From a virus (Duplodnaviria; Caudoviricetes): 24,574 nucleotides of DNA. Within the stretch, counting starts at the first letter, position 1, and every line of letters starts with the position of its first letter. Where the stretch lies: IMG/VR virus record IMGVR_UViG_3300044568_001207, positions 1 to 24,574 of that record. The stretch is one strand, 5' to 3'. The notes under the pieces are model-generated. The model was not told the DNA's origin, did not search any database, and was given only the letters and a program-made list of their open reading frames with translations. A program made the translations under genes and the position numbers. Positions 1 to 6,543 of this stretch are shown here, one piece after another.

Positions 1-493
1 CTACCAAGGTGGTTTAGACTTTACAGTCACTAAAACATCCAAAGGTGGTTATGCTGACTACTCAACTTCAAAATGGTCACGCAAAGAATCTGCATTAACA
101 GCAGAAGAAGCTGCGGCAATTGAAACTCATGGCTTATACAACTTGAAAGATTTCTTGCCAAAGAAACCTAGCGAAGTTGAACTTAAAGTTATGAAAGAAA
201 TGTTTGAAGCTTCAGTAGATGGTCAAGCATATGACGCAGATCGTTGGGGTAATTATTACAAACCAAGAGGCGTAACAATCGTCTCAGCTGAATCAGCTAC
301 ACCTGTAGCACAAACAGCAACACCAGCAGTGGCAGATGAAGAATTTGAAACTGCACCGGCTGTGGCTGCTCCAGTAGTTACAGAGGCTGCACCGGCGGCT
401 CCTACAGCACCAGTTGCAACACCTCCAGCAGGTGGAACAGCACGTGCTGAAGACATCTTAGCGATGATTCGTAATAGACAAAAAACTTCTTAA
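1..493 (+). CDS. T4 gp32-like single-stranded DNA-binding protein, C-terminal part (5'-truncated by the window edge)
   Basis: Frame 2 is open from base 2 (YQGGLDFTVTKTSKGGYADYSTSKWSRKES...) through the listed 143..493 ORF. The G-x-DF...KGGYADYSTS motif resembles gp32-family SSBs. It has an Ala/Pro linker tail and lies directly upstream of uvsX. Confidence 0.8.
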   Translation, partial: YQGGLDFTVTKTSKGGYADYSTSKWSRKESALTAEEAAAIETHGLYNLKDFLPKKPSEVELKVMKEMFEASVDGQAYDADRWGNYYKPRGVTIVSAESATPVAQTATPAVADEEFETAPAVAAPVVTEAAPAAPTAPVATPPAGGTARAEDILAMIRNRQKTS

Positions 494-503
494 TAAGTAA
501 AGG

Positions 504-537
504 TAACGGGTAGAGCTTAGGTTCTACCCGGTTATTT
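504..537 (+). terminator. Stem-loop after SSB (possible weak intrinsic terminator or RNA processing/stability hairpin)
   Basis: CGGGTAGAGC-TTAG-GTTCTACCCG (507-530), followed by GTTATTT. The U-tract is poor. Confidence 0.5.
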
Positions 538-552
538 CAACGAGGACACATT

Positions 553-1632
553 ATGGCAAAACCATTCGATATATCAAAATTTAGAAAGTCGATTACCAAA
601 AGCATTGATGGCTTGGGTATTGGCTTTAACGATCCAACAGATTGGATCAGCACTGGCAACTACACATTAAACTACTTACTATCCGGTAACTTTGAAAGAG
701 GTATTCCAATGGGTAAAGTAACTGTATTTGCAGGAGAATCAGGCGCAGGTAAATCATTTATCTGTTCAGGTAATATTGTTAGACACGCACAAGAACAAGG
801 CATTTATGTTATCTTGATCGATACAGAAAACGCACTTGATGAAGCTTGGTTACACGCACTTGGTGTAGACACCACAGAAGACAAATTACTGAAACTTAAC
901 ATGGCTATGATCGATGATGTAGCCAAAGTTATCAGTGACTTTGTTAAAGAGTATCGCACCTTACCAGAAGAAGACCGTCCAAAGGTCCTATTCGTATTAG
1001 ATTCATTAGGTATGATGTTAACTCCAACAGACGTTAACCAGTTTGAAGCAGGTGAAATGAAGGGCGATATGGGTCGTAAACCTAAAGCACTTACAGCACT
1101 TGTACGTAACTGCGTAAACATGTTTGGTACACTGAACTTAGGATTGGTTTGTACGAATCATACTTATGCGAGCCAGGATATGTTTGATCCAGATGATAAG
1201 ATTAGTGGTGGTCAAGGCTTTATCTATGCGTCAAGTATCGTTGTAGCTATGCGCAAACTTAAACTTAAAACAGATGCAGACGGCAACAAGACTACAACAG
1301 TTAATGGTATACGTGCGGCATGTAAGATTATGAAAACACGTTACGCTAAACCGTTTGAATCAGTCCAAGTAGAGATTCCATATGAAACAGGTATGAGTCC
1401 TTACTCAGGATTAACAGACATGTTAGAAGCTAAAAACTTGCTTAAGAAAGAAGGCAATAGTTTAGTTTATACATTTGCTGATAAAACAACTATTAAACAA
1501 TTCCGCAAAGCCTGGGAACGCAATGAAGATGGTTGCTTAGATAAGGTTATGAAAGAACTTAGTTCTAATGTAAATCTGCTAAGTACTGAATCAAAAGTAG
1601 TCGAAGAAACAGAAGAGGAGACAGCAGAATGA
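553..1632 (+). CDS. uvsX: UvsX / RecA-like recombinase
   Basis: Walker A GESGAGKS, IDTENA, Walker B-like VLFVLDSLG, NHTY and SGGQG motifs of the RecA/UvsX family. GAGGA SD at 542-546. Confidence 0.93.
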   Translation: MAKPFDISKFRKSITKSIDGLGIGFNDPTDWISTGNYTLNYLLSGNFERGIPMGKVTVFAGESGAGKSFICSGNIVRHAQEQGIYVILIDTENALDEAWLHALGVDTTEDKLLKLNMAMIDDVAKVISDFVKEYRTLPEEDRPKVLFVLDSLGMMLTPTDVNQFEAGEMKGDMGRKPKALTALVRNCVNMFGTLNLGLVCTNHTYASQDMFDPDDKISGGQGFIYASSIVVAMRKLKLKTDADGNKTTTVNGIRAACKIMKTRYAKPFESVQVEIPYETGMSPYSGLTDMLEAKNLLKKEGNSLVYTFADKTTIKQFRKAWERNEDGCLDKVMKELSSNVNLLSTESKVVEETEEETAE

Positions 1633-1874
1633 GCATTGAATTAGATATCGCCAGTGAAGTTTGGCTTACTTGTAAAGAGTATATCAATCCTAAGGATCGT
1701 CAAGCGGCCGCAGATCACGTGATCAGTGTTGCTGCAGATCACAACATCACTGAAAGTGAGCTTAAAACCTTTGGTGGTACTGATGCTTATCTAGGTCGTG
1801 CTGTTAAGGAGTATCTTGGCGATGAAGAAGATCAAGCGATCGCTGATGAAGAAGATGACGGTGACGACTATTAA
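1629..1874 (+). CDS. Small acidic hypothetical protein (81 aa)
   Basis: ATGA overlap with the uvsX stop and TAATG overlap with the next start. GAGGAG SD upstream. Acidic C-terminus DEEDDGDDY. Confidence 0.8.
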   Translation: MSIELDIASEVWLTCKEYINPKDRQAAADHVISVAADHNITESELKTFGGTDAYLGRAVKEYLGDEEDQAIADEEDDGDDY

Positions 1875-2329
1875 TGTGGTATAGTCGTGTAGTTGCAAGT
1901 TTGGGCAGTATTCCTGATTTCATAGATCACTATGAAAAAGAACTGGATAGTGCTAAAACAGAAGTTGGGGTCTATGGTAACATAGAAAAGAATCTTGCTG
2001 GCCTGCCCGGTATTACAGAACGACGCTTTAATCAACTACAAGAGATTGAAGCGGTTCTCAACTATCTAAATATTCAACTACGCAAGATACGCACTAAACA
2101 CTTTAAGAAATACTTAGAAAACTATCAACGTGCCCTAACAAGTCGTGATGTAGAAAAATACGTAGACGGTGAAGATGAAGTCATTGACTTTGAAACAATT
2201 ATCAACGAAGTAGCCTTACTGCGTAATCGTTGGTTGGGTATCATGAAAGGCTTAGAATCTAAGAACTTCATGTTAGGACATGTAACACGCTTACGTACAG
2301 CAGGCATGGAGGACGCATCAATTGGCTAG
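1874..2329 (+). CDS. uvsY: UvsY-like recombination mediator protein
   Basis: 151-aa helical protein with KKYLENY...RDVEKYVDGEDE and GIMKGLESKNFML segments typical of UvsY-like proteins. It is clustered with SSB and uvsX. Confidence 0.75.
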   Translation: MWYSRVVASLGSIPDFIDHYEKELDSAKTEVGVYGNIEKNLAGLPGITERRFNQLQEIEAVLNYLNIQLRKIRTKHFKKYLENYQRALTSRDVEKYVDGEDEVIDFETIINEVALLRNRWLGIMKGLESKNFMLGHVTRLRTAGMEDASIG

Positions 2330-3227
2330 TCACTCAGAATCAGTATTAGGACAATTAAGAGAATATGATAGTTTCTTAGAAAGTCTACGCACAATCGCAG
2401 ACATGGGCTGCGGTACTGGCCAAGATATGACGTGGTGGGCCACTCTAGCAAGTAGAGATGATAATCCGGAACCATATAACTACAAATGTTTTGCTGTAGA
2501 CATTGACGGGTCAAAACTAGCACAAGTTCCGGACCTTATTAATATCACTAAACTTGAACGTGACTTTACCAAACCTAATATCCTTCCTACAAATATAGAT
2601 TTAATGTTTGCTCATGACTGTTTACATTACAGTATAAATCCATTGGAAACATTAAAGTTTTGGAACGATCAGATGTCAGTGAATGGCATGCTGGTATTGA
2701 GCGTACAACAAAACAGTGGGGTTCAATATAACAAATACTACAGTAGAAGTTATAGCGGAAGTTTCTTTGACTACACACCCGTTAACTTAATTTACATGCT
2801 AGCAGTCAATGGATTTGACTGTAATGATGCATACCTATTGAAGAAATATAACGATCCATGGATTGACATTGCTGTTTATAAGTCTAATATTGCTCCAATG
2901 GACCCTGCTAAAACCAAATGGGAACATCTAATAGACACAGGATTATTAAATCACAGTGTGGTTAATTCTATATTAAAGAATGGACATGTACGCCAAGAAG
3001 AAATTGTATACCCTTGGTTAGATAAAGAAAACTATTTTGTTGATTGGATTAGACAACAAACAGAAATTCCAATGGAAGCTGGCGACCCTATTATAGATGG
3101 TGTTTTTAATAAATCTGAAGCGAGTACAACGACCACTGTTGAACAAGCAACAGCAAAAATCAAAGGTACTGATCTATTAACTCCAACCGGAGTTATGCGA
3201 GTTCCTAAAGGTAGGTATGTTAAATAG
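2322..3227 (+). CDS. Class I SAM-dependent methyltransferase, substrate unknown
   Basis: Motif I IADMGCGTG, then AVDID and the downstream GMLVL strand. No DPPY/NPPY or PC DNA-methyltransferase catalytic motif is visible. GGAGG SD upstream. Confidence 0.8.
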   Translation: MASHSESVLGQLREYDSFLESLRTIADMGCGTGQDMTWWATLASRDDNPEPYNYKCFAVDIDGSKLAQVPDLINITKLERDFTKPNILPTNIDLMFAHDCLHYSINPLETLKFWNDQMSVNGMLVLSVQQNSGVQYNKYYSRSYSGSFFDYTPVNLIYMLAVNGFDCNDAYLLKKYNDPWIDIAVYKSNIAPMDPAKTKWEHLIDTGLLNHSVVNSILKNGHVRQEEIVYPWLDKENYFVDWIRQQTEIPMEAGDPIIDGVFNKSEASTTTTVEQATAKIKGTDLLTPTGVMRVPKGRYVK

Positions 3228-3651
3228 AGTGGTTCTGGTAACAGGTGGATTTGATCCACTACACTCAGGACACATAGAATACTTCCGTGCCGCCAGGCAG
3301 TTAGGAACTATGCTGGTAGTTGGAGTTAACAGTGATGCATGGTTAATTCGCAAAAAAGGGCAGGCATTCATGCCCATCAAAGATCGTGTAACAATCATTG
3401 AAAGTCTTCGTATGGTAGATCATTGTATATTATTTGACGACAATAATGATTCAGCGGTAGAAGCCATACGTAATGTTAAAATGATGTATCCTAACAGTAA
3501 AATAGTCTTTGCTAATGGCGGCGATCGTACAGCGACAAATATTCCAGAAATGTCAGAACCCAACGTAGAATTTGTATTTGGTGTAGGTGGCGATTTTAAG
3601 CTAAATTCCAGCAGTGAATTATTGAAACGCTGGAAATCTACACAAAGATAA
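3217..3651 (+). CDS. HxGH-family cytidylyl/adenylyltransferase (RfaE domain II / TagD-like)
   Basis: VTGGFDPLHSGH, VGVNSD, RKKG, ANGGDR and C-terminal SSS motifs. Confidence 0.88.
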   Translation: MLNRVVLVTGGFDPLHSGHIEYFRAARQLGTMLVVGVNSDAWLIRKKGQAFMPIKDRVTIIESLRMVDHCILFDDNNDSAVEAIRNVKMMYPNSKIVFANGGDRTATNIPEMSEPNVEFVFGVGGDFKLNSSSELLKRWKSTQR

Positions 3652-3654
3652 ATA
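3648..3654 (+). promoter_or_regulatory. Putative T4-type late promoter (ATAAATA)
   Basis: TAAATA at 3649-3654, 7 nt before ATG 3662, with no SD in between. It resembles the T4 late consensus TATAAATA and the motif recurs before other genes in the window. Confidence 0.55.
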
Positions 3655-3661
3655 CTACATC

Positions 3662-5053
3662 ATGCGTGCAAATGAATTCCTAATAGAAGCCGGCAACCTT
3701 GCTACAGGCGAGATTAAAAAATATCAAAGTAGAATCGCTGCCTTTATACATAAAGTACAGGCAGGAAGTCCCTTTGTAACAACAGATGGTAGAGATTTTG
3801 TTGTTGACCGTAAACAACTTCCAGAATTAAAAAAGTTCTTATTAGATCCTGATACTAAAGGTCAACTGTTGGTGCGTAGTACAGACGGTAAAGAACTAAT
3901 TAGCACTAGTAAACTAGTAAAAACCGGCGAATTTGGGGGACAAAGTAGCCCTACCCAAGCACAAGGACAAAACGTTGATGTAAGCCAAACCGCAGGTAAA
4001 GAAGGCTTACCAGTTAAACCACCACAGGTATTCCAAACTACAGATATTAAAGACATTAACCTAGCCACAGCTAAAGACCTACAACGTGCTGGCGCATTTA
4101 AGGTAAAAGATTTGTATAACAAAATATCTACCAGTGAACAGTTAAACGCATTAGGCACATATGGTCAAGCGATCATCAGTTGTGCTAAACAAATTAATTC
4201 AGGTAAAGATCCTAAAGTTCCAGAAGGCCTCACTAGCCCGCAGATGCGTGCTCTAGTAGACTATGCTGGGGAGTATTTAGGTATCCTTGCTATGTACAAA
4301 GGAACAGCAGATTTTCCTAAACGCGAAGCATTCCTAAAATTCATCGGTAATGATCTAGGTACAAGCACCTTATACTTTCCAAGTAAAAGTAACACTCCAT
4401 TGGCAGACAGCTTTGCTATCCAAGACAGTGAAACGGGTCATACTATATACATGAGTAGCAAAGGATCAGCAGGCGGCGCAGCTCCAGCAATCAGCGGACT
4501 TAAAATCCCAGAAGAGCTAAAAAAACGTCGTCAATACAAAGATGCTGTAGAATTTATCTTGCTATGTCAAAACACAGGTGCTATCGAACAACCATTCTAT
4601 TTAATGAATTATATAGCACAAAAATATCCAAATGCTATCGACGAAAAATTTATAAAAATGTTACCATGGGATATTACGGCTACAGTAAATGCAGTGAATG
4701 CCAGCCGCAGGGAACGCAAACCATTACCAGCCAAGATGCAGAAATTTGTTAATGGCTTTGTATTCAAACGCAAACTGGCAGACGAAACAACACCAGGCGG
4801 TGTATTACATTACGTTACGATTAAAGAAGTTATGCGGATTGTCAATACCGGTGCTATTAAAAATTTCCAAGCCTGCGTATTAGAAGTCCTGAGTGAAAAC
4901 TTTGTCCAAATATATACACAAGGTACTAAGCAAGGCACACTTGAAACCTACGTATTATGGCCAGCTAAAGTTGATGGCGTAGTAAGCGTAGAAAGTAAAG
5001 GTAGTGCCAGTAACCCAGTTAAAGGAACGGTAAGTTTCCGCGTCAGTAAATAG
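3662..5053 (+). CDS. Hypothetical 463-aa protein; possible virion-internal protein with a PD-(D/E)xK-like nuclease domain
   Basis: Long ORF. The N-terminus MRANEFLIEA resembles the T4 internal-protein capsid-targeting peptide. FPSKSNTPLADS...IYMSSKG resembles a restriction-endonuclease-like catalytic motif. The ORF is solid; the function is tentative. Confidence 0.6.
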   Translation: MRANEFLIEAGNLATGEIKKYQSRIAAFIHKVQAGSPFVTTDGRDFVVDRKQLPELKKFLLDPDTKGQLLVRSTDGKELISTSKLVKTGEFGGQSSPTQAQGQNVDVSQTAGKEGLPVKPPQVFQTTDIKDINLATAKDLQRAGAFKVKDLYNKISTSEQLNALGTYGQAIISCAKQINSGKDPKVPEGLTSPQMRALVDYAGEYLGILAMYKGTADFPKREAFLKFIGNDLGTSTLYFPSKSNTPLADSFAIQDSETGHTIYMSSKGSAGGAAPAISGLKIPEELKKRRQYKDAVEFILLCQNTGAIEQPFYLMNYIAQKYPNAIDEKFIKMLPWDITATVNAVNASRRERKPLPAKMQKFVNGFVFKRKLADETTPGGVLHYVTIKEVMRIVNTGAIKNFQACVLEVLSENFVQIYTQGTKQGTLETYVLWPAKVDGVVSVESKGSASNPVKGTVSFRVSK

Positions 5054-5082
5054 TTGACATCTTTCCAAAAGTCTGTTATAAT
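5054..5082 (+). promoter_or_regulatory. Consensus sigma70 promoter driving the tRNA/ncRNA operon
   Basis: TTGACA (5054-5059), 17-nt spacer, TATAAT (5077-5082), with extended -10 TG at 5074-5075. Confidence 0.9.
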
Positions 5083-5101
5083 TAATCATAAGTAAAAAAT
5101 T

Positions 5102-5186
5102 GCCGGCTTGCGCAGAGTGGGATTGCACCTGACTTGTAATCAGGCTTCGTAAGATAGAGAGTGTTCGATTCACTCAGCCGGCACCA
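5102..5186 (+). tRNA. tRNA-Thr(UGU), atypical (long variable arm)
   Basis: Acceptor GCCGGCT/AGCCGGC, anticodon arm CCTGA-CTTGTAA-TCAGG (TGT 5135-5137), T arm GAGTG-TTCGATT-CACTC, encoded A-CCA end. 14-nt variable region. Confidence 0.85.
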
Positions 5187-5192
5187 AATATT

Positions 5193-5828
5193 ATGAAAAT
5201 ATGTACAAAATGCGGTAAAGAATTTGATGCCTATAGCAAATGGGGTGAAAAGAAATTTTGCTCTAGGAGTTGTGGAAACAGTAGAACGTTTAGTAAAGAA
5301 TCACGAGAAAAAACCAGCGCAACTTTGCAGAAGTATAACGACAGCCTAACACCACAAGAAAAACGAGACAAGTTTGAAGTAGCTAAAAGCAAATATGATT
5401 ATGATGATATGCAACGTCGAGCTAAGGAAACTAAGATAAAGAAATCCTGGGATAGACCATATGAAGAAATGAGCCGAGAGGCTCTAAAGAAAAGGATATT
5501 GCACGAAAGTAATTACAAATGTGAAATGTGTGGTATAAGTGATTGGCAAGACAAACCTATAACTTTAGAAATAGATCACATAGATGGTGATCCATTTAAT
5601 AATAATAGAAAAAATTTAAGAATACTTTGCCCTAATTGCCACAGTCAAACGCACACATATAGAGCTAAGAATATTAAGATCAATAGAAGAGAATTAAATT
5701 TAGAGTTGTTAGAAGAAATGTTAAGGATACATAAGTATGCAACGCCTGCGTTACGTGCTATGGGATTAGCAAACAGCCCAAAACGTATAAAAGCCGCAAA
5801 TGAGATATTAAGTAGACTTAACTTTTAA
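5193..5828 (+). CDS. Free-standing HNH (homing-type) endonuclease
   Basis: CEMCG...LEIDHIDGDPFNNNRKNLRILCPNCHSQT HNH core. N-terminal CTKC...FCSRSC Zn module followed by a NUMOD3-like FSKESREKTS segment. Confidence 0.9.
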   Translation: MKICTKCGKEFDAYSKWGEKKFCSRSCGNSRTFSKESREKTSATLQKYNDSLTPQEKRDKFEVAKSKYDYDDMQRRAKETKIKKSWDRPYEEMSREALKKRILHESNYKCEMCGISDWQDKPITLEIDHIDGDPFNNNRKNLRILCPNCHSQTHTYRAKNIKINRRELNLELLEEMLRIHKYATPALRAMGLANSPKRIKAANEILSRLNF

Positions 5829-5872
5829 GAGTCGCTGACATTCCGGAATGTCCCCGTATAGAGTAAGCGGGA

Positions 5873-5995
5873 TTATTAGTATAGGGTTCTCAGCCAATCA
5901 ATATTATGATATATGCGGACTAATTCTAGATAGCTAGCTTCCGATGGGTCATATGCTACGGTTGCAACTGTAGCACGAGAACTCTATACTAATGA
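5873..5995 (+). ncRNA. Unannotated structured RNA (three-way junction, 6S-like architecture)
   Basis: 19-bp closing stem 5873-5891/5977-5995, unpaired AGCCAATCAATAT (5892-5904), imperfect hairpin 5905-5953 and 9-bp hairpin 5954-5975. The stems use G-U pairs. It lies within a tRNA operon with no ORF over it. Confidence 0.6.
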
Positions 5996-5999
5996 ACAA

Positions 6000-6087
6000 G
6001 GAAACGTGGCCGAGTGGTCGAAGGCACTTCACTGCTAACGAAGCAAACCGAAAGGTTTCGAGAGTTCGAATCTCTCCGTTTCCGCCA
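6000..6087 (+). tRNA. tRNA-Ser(GCU)
   Basis: Acceptor GGAAACG/CGTTTCC, anticodon GCT 6034-6036, long variable arm AAACC-GAAA-GGTTT, TTCGAAT T loop, G73, CCA. Confidence 0.95.
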
Positions 6088-6097
6088 TTTTTAAGTT

Positions 6098-6172
6098 GCG
6101 CCTTTAGCTTAATGGTAAAGCGTCCGACTCATAATCGGAGGAGTGATAGTTCAATTCTATCAAGGCGCACCA
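6098..6172 (+). tRNA. tRNA with CAU anticodon (probably Ile2/lysidine type; elongator Met not excluded)
   Basis: Acceptor GCGCCTT/AAGGCGC; the G1-C72 pair argues against initiator. TCCGA-CTCATAA-TCGGA arm (CAT 6130-6132), TTCAATT T loop, A-CCA. The CGACTCATAATCG core resembles enterobacterial tRNA-Ile2. Confidence 0.85.
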
Positions 6173-6174
6173 GG

Positions 6175-6249
6175 TACGGTGTAGTGTTAATGGTAGCACA
6201 CGGGTTTCCAAAACCCTTGGTCGCGGTTCGAGTCCGTGCATCGTAGCCA
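6175..6249 (+). tRNA. tRNA-Trp(CCA)
   Basis: Acceptor TACGGTG/CATCGTA, anticodon CCA 6208-6210, T arm CGCGG-TTCGAGT-CCGTG, G73, CCA. Confidence 0.92.
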
Positions 6250-6256
6250 GAACAGT

Positions 6257-6331
6257 CCGGTGTTAGTTTAATGGATAAAACAGGGGATTTCTACTCCCTA
6301 GATAGAGGTTCGATTCCTTTACGCCGGACCA
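6257..6331 (+). tRNA. tRNA-Arg(UCU)
   Basis: Acceptor CCGGTGT/ACGCCGG, D loop with GGATA (A20 Arg identity element), anticodon TCT 6290-6292, T arm AGAGG-TTCGATT-CCTTT, A-CCA. Confidence 0.92.
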
Positions 6332-6360
6332 GTAAGAATTAATAACAATAGGAATAATAA

Positions 6361-6534
6361 ATGTCAAAAGACACCAAACAACAAGAGTTAGAAGAATCAC
6401 AGGCAATAGATCTTGCTATGAAAAAGTTTTTAGCAAATGGTGGCGTCGTACAACAAATTGCCCGAGGAGTCAGCGGTGTAGAAGAAGGAAGTCCTCAGGC
6501 TGCCTGGGGACGACCTAAGAAAAAAGAAAAATAA
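6361..6534 (+). CDS. 57-aa SutA-like RNA-polymerase-binding protein (not in the ORF track)
   Basis: MSKDTKQQELEESQAIDLAMKKFLANGGVVQQIARGVSGVEEGSPQAAWGRPKKKEK, with AGGA SD near 6350. AMKKFLANGGVVQQI matches my recollection of the Pseudomonas SutA core (AMEEFLSRGGKVQEI). Confidence 0.7.
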   Translation: MSKDTKQQELEESQAIDLAMKKFLANGGVVQQIARGVSGVEEGSPQAAWGRPKKKEK

Positions 6535-6543
6535 TAGATTACT

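Noticed and set aside
2322-3227. DNA methyltransferase of a restriction-modification pair with the 3662 nuclease-like gene
   Set aside because: No DPPY/NPPY/SPPY or PC catalytic motif was found, and the overall pattern is that of a small-molecule class I methyltransferase.
5193-5995. IscB/HEARO-type RNA-guided system (HNH protein next to a structured RNA)
   Set aside because: The 211-aa protein has no PLMP or split RuvC motifs and looks like a free-standing homing endonuclease. A functional link to the downstream RNA is not excluded but nothing in the sequence supports it.
5873-5995. Complete retron
   Set aside because: Inverted repeats followed by AG superficially resemble msr-msd, but no reverse transcriptase is present in the window. 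Kept only as an alternative reading of the ncRNA.
5992-6246. 84-aa + strand ORF from the track
   Set aside because: It runs across three well-formed tRNA genes (Ser, CAU, Trp), so it is a spurious translation.
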